From an uncultured Bacteroidia bacterium (GTDB lineage Bacteria > Bacteroidota > Bacteroidia > Bacteroidales > UBA932), in NCBI GenBank assembly GCA_902801205.1, contig CADCHE010000015.1:6110-70109 (forward strand): a stretch of DNA of 64,000 nt, written 5' to 3'. Below are positions 18,354 to 27,870 of this stretch, in pieces. The notes beneath the pieces were generated by a model. The model had not been told where the DNA came from. It saw nothing but the letters and a program-made list of their open reading frames with translations, and searched no databases. Made by a program: the position numbers and the translations under genes. How positions within the stretch are numbered: the stretch's first letter is position 1; each line of letters opens with the position of its first letter.

Positions 18354-19241
18354 TTACTTCTCGTAGGAAGCCTTGACGAAAGGTGCGTTGATGATGTAGT
18401 CGGCGCACATCTTCAGGCTCTCCCTCCAGTCACCGTTCGTGAAGGCCTCGATTTCGACGATGTAGTTCTCCAGACCCGCCACATCGGCGTTGTTGAAGAT
18501 CGCATCGAAACCGACCATGCCGCTCTGTCCGAGTTCACGGTAGTCCTTGATGTGGAGCATCTTGAAGCGGCCGGGATACTTCTTGAAGTACACGACCGGG
18601 GCGGCATGTCCCATCATGGCCCAGTAGACATCCATTTCGAAGAAGACCTTCTCCGGGTCGGTGTTCTCGAGCATGAAGTCATAGATGACCTTGCCCTCGA
18701 GCTTGCCGAACTCGTGCGAATGGTTGTGATAACCGAACTGCATGCCGTTCTCGAGGCACTTCTGGCCGATGGCATTGAAGTAGTCGCAGTAGACCTTCAG
18801 GCCGGCCAGCGTGGACGGAATGCCGAATCCGGGGCAGACGATGTACTTGCAGCCGGCGCGCTTGTGCGCGTCGATCGCCTGGTCCCACCATTTCATCGCC
18901 TCGGTGAAGTCCGCGTTCTCGATCTCCTCGGGGGAGAGGCCCCGCATGATGTGGGTGGAGAGGGACTTCAGGCCGGCGGCTTCCAGGTCGGCCTTGTACT
19001 GCTCGGGCTCAACACCGTAGAGTTTGCCATCGGAATAGCAGGCCGCCTCCGCGGCGGTGTATCCCATCTCGCCGAGGGCCTGCAGGACCTCGACATGGTT
19101 CTTGGCGTACAGTTCAGGATTGCCGATGAGTTCGCGGAGGTTGTACAGCTGGACGCCGATTTCCTTCTTCGCGGGTTTGCTCGTCGCACAGGCGCTCAGC
19201 AGCATGGCCGCCGCGGCGCAGATGATCAGAAGCTTTTTCAT
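18354..19241 (-). CDS. Sugar phosphate isomerase/epimerase TIM-barrel lipoprotein (AP endonuclease 2 family, BT2156-like)
   Basis: Lipobox LSAC; GVQLY, YHNHSHEF, FEMDVYW, HIKD, VEIE. Confidence 0.88.
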   Translation of the reverse strand: MKKLLIICAAAAMLLSACATSKPAKKEIGVQLYNLRELIGNPELYAKNHVEVLQALGEMGYTAAEAACYSDGKLYGVEPEQYKADLEAAGLKSLSTHIMRGLSPEEIENADFTEAMKWWDQAIDAHKRAGCKYIVCPGFGIPSTLAGLKVYCDYFNAIGQKCLENGMQFGYHNHSHEFGKLEGKVIYDFMLENTDPEKVFFEMDVYWAMMGHAAPVVYFKKYPGRFKMLHIKDYRELGQSGMVGFDAIFNNADVAGLENYIVEIEAFTNGDWRESLKMCADYIINAPFVKASYEK

Positions 19242-20140
19242 CAGTCGAGCACCTTTACACGGATGTTACGATACCAGACATCGTTCCCATGGTCCTGGAA
19301 ACCGATGTAGCCTTCGTGGTTGTCGCCGCCGCAGTTGTTCAGCAGCTCGAAAGCGATCGGCCAGGCGGCCTGGGAGAACTTGCAGCCCTGGAGCATGTCG
19401 GTCCACTGGTTGGTCCACAGGTGATACTCGAGGACCTTCTTGTCGTTCTGGAAGTGGGCGACGGTGCCCTGGTACACGAGGATCTTGGCGGTGTTCCATT
19501 CGCCGGCCGGCTTCGCGTTCTGCGGCTTGGCGGGGATCATGTCATACAGGGAGGCGGACATGCGGTTGCCGTCCTGGCCGAGCTTGGCGTCCGGATGGCG
19601 CTCGTTGTCCAGCACCTGGTATTCGGGAGAGGAGACATAGATAGGCTCGTACCGGTCAGCGCCGGAGGTCGGGTCCTTGGTCATCACTTCCTGGGCCAGG
19701 TAGAAGATACCGGAGTTTCCGCCTTCGGAGATCTTCCACTCGAGGGTCAGCTCGAAGTCCTTGAACGTCTTGGCGAAGATGATGTCGCCGCCTTCGCCGG
19801 TCTGGCCTTCACCGGTATTGGTGCCGGAGAACTTGATGGCACCGTCTTCGAGGGTCCAGCGGGAAGGGATGGTGTCCTTGCCGTAGCCGCGCCAGCCGTC
19901 CAGGGAGGTGCCGTCGAAGAGGATGTATGCACCGTCCTTGTCCTGCTTCAGGGAAGCGAGGTCAACCTGCGCCTTGCGGACGAGGGTGTATTCAGGGGCG
20001 CCTTCATGGGCGACCACGAGGTTGGGCTGGGCTTCCGTCCACTTGATTTCGACGGGCGCCTCGGCCGCTTTCTTGTTCTTGCAGGAGGCGAAGGCGAAAA
20101 CCGCCGCCGCGCATGCAGTGAAAAGAAGAATCTTTTTCAT
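19241..20140 (-). CDS. DUF1080 3-keto-glycoside hydrolase-like lipoprotein (BT2157-like)
   Basis: Lipobox FASC; LFDGTSLDGW, FELTLEWK, NSGIFY, EYQVLDN, SLYD, GEWN, GFQDHG, VWYRNI. Confidence 0.92.
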   Translation of the reverse strand: MKKILLFTACAAAVFAFASCKNKKAAEAPVEIKWTEAQPNLVVAHEGAPEYTLVRKAQVDLASLKQDKDGAYILFDGTSLDGWRGYGKDTIPSRWTLEDGAIKFSGTNTGEGQTGEGGDIIFAKTFKDFELTLEWKISEGGNSGIFYLAQEVMTKDPTSGADRYEPIYVSSPEYQVLDNERHPDAKLGQDGNRMSASLYDMIPAKPQNAKPAGEWNTAKILVYQGTVAHFQNDKKVLEYHLWTNQWTDMLQGCKFSQAAWPIAFELLNNCGGDNHEGYIGFQDHGNDVWYRNIRVKVLD

Positions 20141-20160
20141 CGTATCAGTCTTTTAATTGT

Positions 20161-21660
20161 TTATTCGGGCATGTCGGGAAGGACATATCCTTCACGGTAC
20201 TGTTTCTTGATGAGTCTGGCGGCGAACTCGCGCGCGTTGACCGGATCGGTGTAGGTCTTCGCGAAGGTCGGATGGCCGTCCTTGATGGTGAAGCCGTCGT
20301 GGACCTGGAACTTGATCGTCGCTTCGGCGGGAATGTTGGTGAACTTCATGTTCTGGCCGTCCCAGTCGAGGATCTGGTTGAGTTCCTGGAGCCGGACCGC
20401 GGCGACGCCGAGGTCGACCATCTCCACGAACGGACCCGCCTCGCTGAAGTCGGAGTTGGAGCGGAGGAAGTTGTCGGGATCCTGCTTGCATTCCTTGCAG
20501 GCGCGGATCCAGTCCTGCTGGTGGGAGACGGTAACTTCGCGGAGCACGTGCGGCACCTCGGGCTTGCGGCCGGAGACGAGGTACGGGCGGTTGCCGTAGC
20601 AGCCGACGACCATGATGTCCTTCGTGCCGTAGAAGATGCTGCAGCCGCCGTCGATATTGAGGTTGACACCCTCGGGAATGCCTTCGGGACGTTCGGGCTT
20701 GAAGCCGCCGTCGTACCAGCGCACCTCGACCTCGGGAAGGGCGAGCTTGGGCAGGTTCTCACGGGCGGGGAAGGTCAGCTTGATCATCTCAGCGCTCGGG
20801 CAGCAGTCGGTGAGAACCGGGGTGGAGCTGGCCTGGACCTTGATCGGATAACCGAGCTTGAGGCCCTTGAACGGGACATGCATGATGTGGCAGGCCATGT
20901 CGCCCATGGCGCCGGTGCCGAAGTCCCACCAGCCGCGGAAGTTCCAGGGGTGGTAGATCTCGTTGTAGTCGCGCATCGGGGCGGGACCGATGAAGGCGTC
21001 CCAGTTGAGGGTCGAAGGAATGGGCTGGACTTCGGAGGGCTTTTCGAGACCCTGGGGCCAGATCGGACGGTCGGTGAAGCAGTCCACGCGGGTCACTTCG
21101 CCGATCTCACCGTTCCACAGCCACTCGAGCGCCTGGCGGGTTCCGGCGCCGGAAGCACCCTGGTTGCCCATCTGGGTGGCGACCTTGTACTTGGCGGCCA
21201 GCTTGGTCAGCAGGCGGGCCTCATAGACGGTCAGCGTCAGCGGTTTCTCGACATAGACATGCTTGCCGGCGGCGATCGCCTGGGCGGCGATGATCGCATG
21301 CGTATGGTCGGCGGTGGCCACCATCACGGCGTCAGCCTGGTCCAGCATCTCGTCGAACATCACGCGGTAGTCGTTGTACTTCTTCGCCTGCGGATATTTC
21401 TTGAAGATGTGGTCGGCATACTTCCAGTCGACATCGCACAGACCGATGATGTTCTCGGTCTCCATTGCAGCCAGGTCGGCGGCGCCACGGCCTCCGATAC
21501 CGACACCGAGGATGTTCAGCTTGTCGCTGGCCGGCGTGGTCTTCTTCTTTTTCTTGGGAGTCTTCTCTCCTGCGATGATCACATTCGGCGCGACGGCGAG
21601 CCCCACCGCGGCGGCGGTCCCTGTCTTCAGGAACGAACGTCTTGAAATTTCTTTGTCCAT
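20161..21660 (-). CDS. Tat-exported Gfo/Idh/MocA oxidoreductase (BT2158-like)
   Basis: Twin-arginine SRRSFLK, GVGIGGRG, VATADHTHA, HVYVEKPL, GDMACH. Start moved to MDKEIS at 21660. Confidence 0.92.
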   Translation of the reverse strand: MDKEISRRSFLKTGTAAAVGLAVAPNVIIAGEKTPKKKKKTTPASDKLNILGVGIGGRGAADLAAMETENIIGLCDVDWKYADHIFKKYPQAKKYNDYRVMFDEMLDQADAVMVATADHTHAIIAAQAIAAGKHVYVEKPLTLTVYEARLLTKLAAKYKVATQMGNQGASGAGTRQALEWLWNGEIGEVTRVDCFTDRPIWPQGLEKPSEVQPIPSTLNWDAFIGPAPMRDYNEIYHPWNFRGWWDFGTGAMGDMACHIMHVPFKGLKLGYPIKVQASSTPVLTDCCPSAEMIKLTFPARENLPKLALPEVEVRWYDGGFKPERPEGIPEGVNLNIDGGCSIFYGTKDIMVVGCYGNRPYLVSGRKPEVPHVLREVTVSHQQDWIRACKECKQDPDNFLRSNSDFSEAGPFVEMVDLGVAAVRLQELNQILDWDGQNMKFTNIPAEATIKFQVHDGFTIKDGHPTFAKTYTDPVNAREFAARLIKKQYREGYVLPDMPE

Positions 21661-21701
21661 AGTTGTACTGTTGTTTGTAAAAATTATGTGATTAATTTGC
21701 A

Positions 21702-22070
21702 TTACAGTTCGTCGAAATCGACATCGGAGAACGACTTTCCCTCCGACGTTTCCTCCTCCTGCGCGGGCGCCTGTGCGGCGTCGCCTTTGAGAAGCTGTTC
21801 GCGGATGAAAGTCACCGCGTCGTACAATCCTTCCTGGAATTTCTCGAAATCTTCTTTGTACAGGAAAATCTTGTGCTTGTCGAATACGAAGGCGCCGTCC
21901 TGTTCCTGCCGGCGCTTGCTCTCGGTGATCGTAAGGTAGAAATCCTTGCCTTCCTTCGTCGACTTCACATCGAAGAAATAGGTCCTTTTCCCGGCACGCA
22001 CCGGTTTGGAGTAAATGTCTTCTGCGTTGCGGTCGGAAAAACGGGACCGCTCGAAATCCTCTTTGTACAT
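21702..22070 (-). CDS. DUF3276 / PUR-family nucleic-acid-binding protein
   Basis: IYSKPVRAGKRTYFFDVK, YLTITESKRR, KHKIFLYKEDF. Confidence 0.9.
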   Translation of the reverse strand: MYKEDFERSRFSDRNAEDIYSKPVRAGKRTYFFDVKSTKEGKDFYLTITESKRRQEQDGAFVFDKHKIFLYKEDFEKFQEGLYDAVTFIREQLLKGDAAQAPAQEEETSEGKSFSDVDFDEL

Positions 22071-22101
22071 CTTGTGTCTCCCGATTGAGATTGAATCAAT
22101 A

Positions 22102-22109
22102 CAAAAATA
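22102..22109 (-). promoter_or_regulatory. -7 promoter element TATTTTTG for DUF3276
   Basis: Minus-strand TAnnTTTG in the divergent spacer. Confidence 0.5.
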
Positions 22110-22132
22110 CAGAAAAATCTGAATTTGTGTAT

Positions 22133-22140
22133 TATCTTTG
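22133..22140 (+). promoter_or_regulatory. -7 promoter element TATCTTTG for the nusB operon
   Basis: TAnnTTTG 19 nt before the ATG at 22160. Confidence 0.6.
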
Positions 22141-22159
22141 CATAAAATTTTAGCGGACC

Positions 22160-23146
22160 ATGCTCAACAGACGAATACTGCGGATCAAGGCTTTCAAGAC
22201 GCTGTACAGCTATGCCCTGGATCCGACCCTCACCCTCGCCGAGGCGGAATCGCAGTTGGAACGCTCCTGCGAATCCACCCGGTCGCTCTATCTCTTCATG
22301 CTCTCCGTCATCCCGGCGCTGACCGCGGAGGCGCGTACCCGTATCGAAGAGGCGAGCCGGAAGTTCCATCCGACCGAGGAGGAGCGGAATCCCAACCTCA
22401 AGTTCGTCAGGAATGCCCTGGCGCCCGTCCTTGAAGACGATCCCGACTTCCAGAAGGCCCTTTCCCGCGTGAAACTCTCCTGGGAGCAGTACGACGCCTT
22501 CCTGCGTGCCCTGTACGAGTCTGTCCGGTCGAAGGAGTACTTCGCCGAATACATGGCCGACCCGGACACGTCGCTCGGGCGCGACGTCCGTCTCTTCATC
22601 CGCATTTTCGAAGAAGAGTTCGTCGACAGCGCCGCCTTGGCGGACATCCTGGAGGAACTTTCCATCTGGTGGAACGATGACCTGGCGTACGCGCTGACCT
22701 GCTGCTGCGACACGCTGAAGGACCTCGCCCGCGGGGAACGGTGGTCGCTGCCGCCCCTGTACCGCAGCGAGATGACGGGCGCACCTGACAGCGACAAGGC
22801 GTTCGTATTCCGCCTGCTCCGTTCCTCTTATGCGCTGTTCGACAAGTATTTCGCCATGGTGGCGGACCGTGTCCCCTCCTGGGAGAAGGAGCGGCTTTTC
22901 ACGACGGACATGGTGCTGATCGTGATGGGGCTCGCCGAGGCGAAGACCTTCCCCGACATGCCGCTGCGCGTGACGCTCAACGAGTATGTGGAGATCTCCA
23001 AGTATTACAGCACCCCGAAGAGCCGCTCCTTCGTGAACGGCCTTCTGGACTCGCTGATCCGGTCGCTGATGGAGGAAGGGGAGATCGTCAAGACGGAGCG
23101 CCTGGACGTCCCCGCTGAAAAACCGAAGAAAGATACAAACCAATAG
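22160..23146 (+). CDS. nusB: Transcription antitermination factor NusB (long Bacteroidota form)
   Basis: MLNRRILRIK, VTLNEYVEISKYYSTPKSRSFVNGLLD. Confidence 0.93.
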   Translation: MLNRRILRIKAFKTLYSYALDPTLTLAEAESQLERSCESTRSLYLFMLSVIPALTAEARTRIEEASRKFHPTEEERNPNLKFVRNALAPVLEDDPDFQKALSRVKLSWEQYDAFLRALYESVRSKEYFAEYMADPDTSLGRDVRLFIRIFEEEFVDSAALADILEELSIWWNDDLAYALTCCCDTLKDLARGERWSLPPLYRSEMTGAPDSDKAFVFRLLRSSYALFDKYFAMVADRVPSWEKERLFTTDMVLIVMGLAEAKTFPDMPLRVTLNEYVEISKYYSTPKSRSFVNGLLDSLIRSLMEEGEIVKTERLDVPAEKPKKDTNQ

Positions 23147-23157
23147 AAATTCGCAGA

Positions 23158-23493
23158 ATGAACGTTCTTTTCGTTATGCTCCAGGCCGAGGCCGGAGCGG
23201 CTCCCGCGGGAGCGATGGGCGGCGGATCCATGATGTGGATCATGCTGATCGCGATGTTCGCCATCATGTACCTGTTCATGATCCGTCCCCAGAACAAGCA
23301 GCGCAAGGAGCTCGAGCAGTTCCGCGCCTCCCTCAAAAAGGGTGACAAAGTGGTGACGGTCGGCGGCATCTACGGCATCATCGAAGAGGTGTCCGAGCGC
23401 ACGGCCATCATCAAGGTCGACGGCGCCGTCAAACTGAAGGTCGACAAGAACTCGCTGGTCCGGGATTACACCCAGGATACGCCGCAGCAGTAA
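23158..23493 (+). CDS. yajC: Preprotein translocase subunit YajC
   Basis: YLFMIRPQNKQRK, LKKGDKVVTVGGIYG. Confidence 0.95.
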   Translation: MNVLFVMLQAEAGAAPAGAMGGGSMMWIMLIAMFAIMYLFMIRPQNKQRKELEQFRASLKKGDKVVTVGGIYGIIEEVSERTAIIKVDGAVKLKVDKNSLVRDYTQDTPQQ

Positions 23494-23516
23494 TCCTTTC
23501 CGGAGGAGGCTCCGCG

Positions 23517-24494
23517 ATGAAACTGCGGCTGAGGCGCCTGGCCGGAAAGATCCGTCTCGACGGAAGGGATATCGTCTTTTTCGGGATGTCCCTTCTGCTT
23601 GCGTTCAGTATCTGGCTCATCCACAACCTGTCCCTGAACTACTCCGAGACGGTGAGTGTCCCGGTGGTGGCGGAATGCAACCTCGACGGCCATTCGAACC
23701 GGTCCTCCAACGCCGGCGTCGTGGCCGCCCGTTGCCGGACGTCGGGGTTTTCCCTGGTCCGGAACCGCTACCAGCACAGCCGCAGCGCACAGGTCATCCG
23801 TTTCGAGGCGGCGGACATGCATCATCGGGAAGGGGAGCTCTTCTATGTGACCGCCTCCGACCTGGCCGGCTATGTCAACGACATATTCGGCGAGAGCGCC
23901 CGGCTGGAATCCATCCTTTCCGACGAGGTGACGTTCCGGTTCCCGTATGAGAACCACAAGCGCGTGCCCGTACAGGCCGTTGCGGTCCTGAATTTCCGTC
24001 CGCAGTACACGGCGATGGGGCCGGTCCGCCTCCAGCCGGATTCGGTCACGGTCTACGGCGAACCTTTCCATCTAGAACAGGTCGACCGGGTGATGACCCG
24101 TACGATCACCCTTTCCGACATCCATGGCGGTGCCCATGGTTCCGTGAAACTGGATCCGGTGTCGGGCCTGCGGATGTCGGACACGGAGGTCAACTATTCC
24201 TTGGACGTGACCCGTTATGTGGAAATCCACTCCGAGGTGACAGTCTCGATGCGGAATGTACCTGCCGGCCGGAAGGTCTCCGTCTTCCCTTCGATGGCGA
24301 AGGTGACGTACAAATGCGCTTTCCCGCTTTCGACGGACCCTTCGTCCGGCGTGCGTTTTTTCATCGATTACAAGGATTTCGAAGGGTCCATCGGCGGACG
24401 CTGCATTCCCCGGCCCGTTTCCCTTCCGGACGGCGTGCTGGATTATTCCCTGGAGCCTGAAGTCTTCGAATGCGTAGAGGAGGGCCGGCAATGA
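23517..24494 (+). CDS. YbbR-like domain membrane-anchored protein
   Basis: N-terminal TM (FSIWL), PDSVTVYG; conserved position between yajC and coaE in Bacteroidota. Confidence 0.75.
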   Translation: MKLRLRRLAGKIRLDGRDIVFFGMSLLLAFSIWLIHNLSLNYSETVSVPVVAECNLDGHSNRSSNAGVVAARCRTSGFSLVRNRYQHSRSAQVIRFEAADMHHREGELFYVTASDLAGYVNDIFGESARLESILSDEVTFRFPYENHKRVPVQAVAVLNFRPQYTAMGPVRLQPDSVTVYGEPFHLEQVDRVMTRTITLSDIHGGAHGSVKLDPVSGLRMSDTEVNYSLDVTRYVEIHSEVTVSMRNVPAGRKVSVFPSMAKVTYKCAFPLSTDPSSGVRFFIDYKDFEGSIGGRCIPRPVSLPDGVLDYSLEPEVFECVEEGRQ

Positions 24495-25090
24495 TCACAT
24501 GGGCGGTAACAGGAGGTATCGGCAGCGGAAAGAGTCTGGTGTGCCGTTTCCTGGCGGAACGCGGTGTCCCGGTGTACGATTCCGATGCGGCCGGCCGCCG
24601 GCTGTATGACACGGACGACACCCTGGTCGATGCCGTGGAGACGGCATTCGGCTGCGGCCTGCGCCTGCCGGACGGTCGGATGGACCGGAAGCGCCTGGCT
24701 TCCATTGTCTTTCCATCGCCGGCAAAACTGGAAACCCTCGAATCGATCGTCCACCCGGCGATCCTGAAGGATTTCCTGCGCTGGAAGACCCTGCAGGACG
24801 TGCGCGGCGAACAGGTGGCAGCCATGGAATCCGCGATCATCCTTTCCAAGCCTGCGTTTCTGCACGCCGTCGACAAGGTCCTGCTGGTCGATGCGCCGCT
24901 GCCCCTGCGCATGTCACGGGCCTGTGCGCGCGACGGCTCGGATCCTGCTGCCATCGCCGACCGCATGGCCCGGCAGCACTTCGACCTGTCGCGCGTTGAC
25001 GAAACCCTCTGGAATGATGGCACCGTCGAAGAACTCCGGCGGAAAGTGGATGCTTTTCTTGCGGGTCTTGATCCGTCTTTCCAAAAATAA
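24491..25090 (+). CDS. coaE: Dephospho-CoA kinase
   Basis: TGGIGSGKS P-loop, LESIVHP, ESAI. Start moved to 24491 (ATGA overlap). Confidence 0.93.
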   Translation: MITWAVTGGIGSGKSLVCRFLAERGVPVYDSDAAGRRLYDTDDTLVDAVETAFGCGLRLPDGRMDRKRLASIVFPSPAKLETLESIVHPAILKDFLRWKTLQDVRGEQVAAMESAIILSKPAFLHAVDKVLLVDAPLPLRMSRACARDGSDPAAIADRMARQHFDLSRVDETLWNDGTVEELRRKVDAFLAGLDPSFQK

Positions 25091-25127
25091 TGATTATCTT
25101 TCACAAATTTTTTTCTATAACATTTCT

Positions 25128-25583
25128 ATGAAAACAGATTTAGCCAGAATTCTCTCGGTTTCAGGGCAGCATGGACTGTTCAGTTATGTCGCACAGGCCC
25201 GCGGCGGTGTGATCGTCGAGGCCCTTTCGGACAAGAAGCGGACGATGTTCGACGCCAAGAACCGGATTTCCACGATGGCCGACATCGCCATCTATACGAC
25301 GGAAGAGGAAATGAAACTCCAGGATGTCTTCCTGAAGATGAAGGAGGTCCTCGGCGACAAGCCGGCGCCTTCCTCCAAGTCGGATGTGGCCCTCATCAAG
25401 GACCTCTTCGCCAAGGCCGTTCCCAACTACGATCCCGACCGTTTCTATGTTTCACACATGAAGAAAGTCGTGGACTGGTACAATGAGATCCTCGCTTACG
25501 CTTCCTTCGATTTCGTGCAGGAAGGCGAGGAAGTGGAAGAAGCGGAAGAAGATACGCCCGGCGAAGACGCCGCCAACGACTGA
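25128..25583 (+). CDS. DUF5606-family protein
   Basis: ILSVSGQHGLF, ISTMADIAIYT, PNYDPDRFYVSHMKKVVDWYN, acidic tail. Start moved to 25128. Confidence 0.85.
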   Translation: MKTDLARILSVSGQHGLFSYVAQARGGVIVEALSDKKRTMFDAKNRISTMADIAIYTTEEEMKLQDVFLKMKEVLGDKPAPSSKSDVALIKDLFAKAVPNYDPDRFYVSHMKKVVDWYNEILAYASFDFVQEGEEVEEAEEDTPGEDAAND

Positions 25584-25587
25584 CGCC

Positions 25588-26916
25588 ATGTCCTCCGGCG
25601 GACAGAAGACCCTGCAGGTGCAGACCCTGGGCTGTTCCAAGAACCAGGTCGACACCGAGCATCTGCTTTCCCGGTTGGAGCGCCATTACCGGATCCTTCC
25701 CGAGGAGGCGGACGAGCGGGTGGACTGTCTGCTGGTGAATACGTGCGGGTTCATCGGCGACGCCAAGGAAGAGTCGGTGCAGGCGGTCCTGGAGGCCGCC
25801 CGGCGCAAACAGGAGGGGCAGGTCGGCAAGCTATATGTTTTCGGCTGCCTTTCCCAGCGCTATTCCGATGAGCTGCCGGGGCTGATTCCGGAAGTGGACG
25901 GCTGGTTCGGCGCGCGGGACCTCGATCCCATCGTGCGTGCCCTTGTGCCCGGATCGCCGTCTCCGTCTCCTTCCGGCCGCTACCGCACCGATCCAGCCCA
26001 CGGCTACGCCTATCTCAAGATTTCCGAAGGCTGCGACCGGCATTGCTCCTACTGCGCCATCCCGCTGATCCGCGGCCCGCACCGTTCCGTCCCTGTGGAA
26101 GCCCTCGTTGCCGAGGCGCGCGCCCTGGCGGCCTCCGGTGTCCGGGAACTGATCCTGATTGCCCAGGACACCACGTTCTACGGGTTGGACCTCTACCGGC
26201 GCCGTGCCCTGGCGGAACTGATCCGTGCGCTCTCCGGCATCGAAGGCATCGAGTGGATCCGGATCCATTATTCCTATCCCTCCGATTTTCCTGAAGATGT
26301 CCTTGAGGAAATGGCATCCAACCCGAAGGTGTGCAAGTATTTGGACATTCCTCTCCAGCATATCGCCGACCCGGTTCTCACAGCCATGCGCCGACACATC
26401 GACGGTGCTGCCACGCGCCGGCTCATTGAACGGATCCGGGAGCGGGTTCCCGGCGTCGTGCTCCGGACGACGATGATCGTCGGCCATCCCGGGGAAGGGA
26501 AGCGCGCCTTCGCCGAACTGCTCGACTTCGTCCGCGAAGCGCGGTTCGAACGGCTCGGTGCCTTCACCTATTCCGAAGAGGAGGGGACGTACGGGGCCTC
26601 GGCCTTCAAGGATACCGTGTCTGCCCGCGAGAAGGAGCGCCGCCTCCGGGAACTGATGACGCTTCAGCGGGATATCTCGCTGGCATTCAATGAGTCCCGT
26701 GTCGGTACGTGCGAGCGTGTCCTGGTTGACGGGGCCTCCGGCGACACCCTGGTCTGCCGCAGCCGGTACGAGAGTCCCGACGTGGACGGCGAGATCCTGG
26801 TGCCTTATTCGCCCGAATTTTTCGCCGGACGCCCGGCTGAGTCGCTTTTCGGCTCGTTTATTGATGTGAGGATTACCGGTGCGGATGAGTACGACCTCTC
26901 CGCGCAACCGCTTTAA
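25588..26916 (+). CDS. rimO: Ribosomal protein S12 methylthiotransferase
   Basis: TLGCSKNQVD, NTCGFI, radical SAM CDRHCSYC, PLQH, C-terminal TRAM (SPDVDG). Start moved to 25588. Confidence 0.95.
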   Translation: MSSGGQKTLQVQTLGCSKNQVDTEHLLSRLERHYRILPEEADERVDCLLVNTCGFIGDAKEESVQAVLEAARRKQEGQVGKLYVFGCLSQRYSDELPGLIPEVDGWFGARDLDPIVRALVPGSPSPSPSGRYRTDPAHGYAYLKISEGCDRHCSYCAIPLIRGPHRSVPVEALVAEARALAASGVRELILIAQDTTFYGLDLYRRRALAELIRALSGIEGIEWIRIHYSYPSDFPEDVLEEMASNPKVCKYLDIPLQHIADPVLTAMRRHIDGAATRRLIERIRERVPGVVLRTTMIVGHPGEGKRAFAELLDFVREARFERLGAFTYSEEEGTYGASAFKDTVSAREKERRLRELMTLQRDISLAFNESRVGTCERVLVDGASGDTLVCRSRYESPDVDGEILVPYSPEFFAGRPAESLFGSFIDVRITGADEYDLSAQPL

Positions 26917-26925
26917 TACGCTACG

Positions 26926-27870
26926 ATGATGAAACGATATTTCCCATTGCTCATTCTGCCGTTGTTGCTGGCCGCATCGTGCGCGCCGCAGGCATTCGTG
27001 CTCAATTCCGAGATGCGCGGCCCCTCCAAATCCGGACTGGATTTTGCCGGCAAGTCGATGGCGGTCGTCTATCTTTGCCCGCAGGAGCGTGACACGCTGT
27101 TCGCCTCCTCGGTCGCGACCGGTTTCGCCACGCGCCTGGAAGAGGATTATTTCGGCGGGGACACCTTCATCGATATCTACCGGATGCCGGCCAAGGCCGG
27201 TGTCGACTACGGCGTGAAGGATTCGCTGGTGGCCCTGGTGATGGATACGGGCAAGGACGTCGTCTTCCTGTTCGATACGCCAGAACTCGGCGCAGCCGAC
27301 TTCACGACGGAACCGGCCCGTGTGAGCGGACAGCCCGCCCAGTCGGATTCCGCCTATGTCGCCTCCGTCCAGGTCCCCTACAAGATGAAGATTTACGTCT
27401 ATGATTCGATGGGGAAGGAAGACAAGGTCTACGGCTTCGGCGGCTCGCAGGACATCCAGCAGCCGGTTTACATGCGGCTGGTCTCGAAACGTCCTTCCGG
27501 CGTCGCCCTGCACGACGCGCTTGCTTCCTCCGCCGTGAAGATCGGCTACAAGGCGGCGGATTCTTTCATGTCCACCTGGAAGGAGGACGCCTTCTACGTC
27601 GTCTATTACGACGGGGCGGAGAAAGCCTGGGACCGCGGGGCGGAAAACGCCTACCGCTACCAGTGGCGCGAGGCCATCGAGGAATGGATGACGATCCTGC
27701 AGTCCCGCAACCCCGAGAAGAAGGCCTGTGCCTCCTACAACATCGCCTTGGCCTGCTTCATGCTCGGGCAGCCCGACCTCGCCCTGGAATGGCTCGACCG
27801 TTCTGACAAGGAACTTCCCGTCAGCCTTTCCAAACGCCTGCGTGAGCAAATCGAAAAGTACAGGAGATGA
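26926..27870 (+). CDS. Lipoprotein with C-terminal TPR-like helices (DUF6340-like)
   Basis: Lipobox AASC; W...AIEEW, ASYNIALACFMLGQPDLALEWL TPR pattern. Confidence 0.7.
   Translation: MMKRYFPLLILPLLLAASCAPQAFVLNSEMRGPSKSGLDFAGKSMAVVYLCPQERDTLFASSVATGFATRLEEDYFGGDTFIDIYRMPAKAGVDYGVKDSLVALVMDTGKDVVFLFDTPELGAADFTTEPARVSGQPAQSDSAYVASVQVPYKMKIYVYDSMGKEDKVYGFGGSQDIQQPVYMRLVSKRPSGVALHDALASSAVKIGYKAADSFMSTWKEDAFYVVYYDGAEKAWDRGAENAYRYQWREAIEEWMTILQSRNPEKKACASYNIALACFMLGQPDLALEWLDRSDKELPVSLSKRLREQIEKYRR

Noticed and set aside
23517-24494. c-di-AMP signalling module (CdaR)
   Set aside because: No adjacent diadenylate cyclase; this YbbR-like gene is part of the conserved Bacteroidota nusB-yajC-coaE block.
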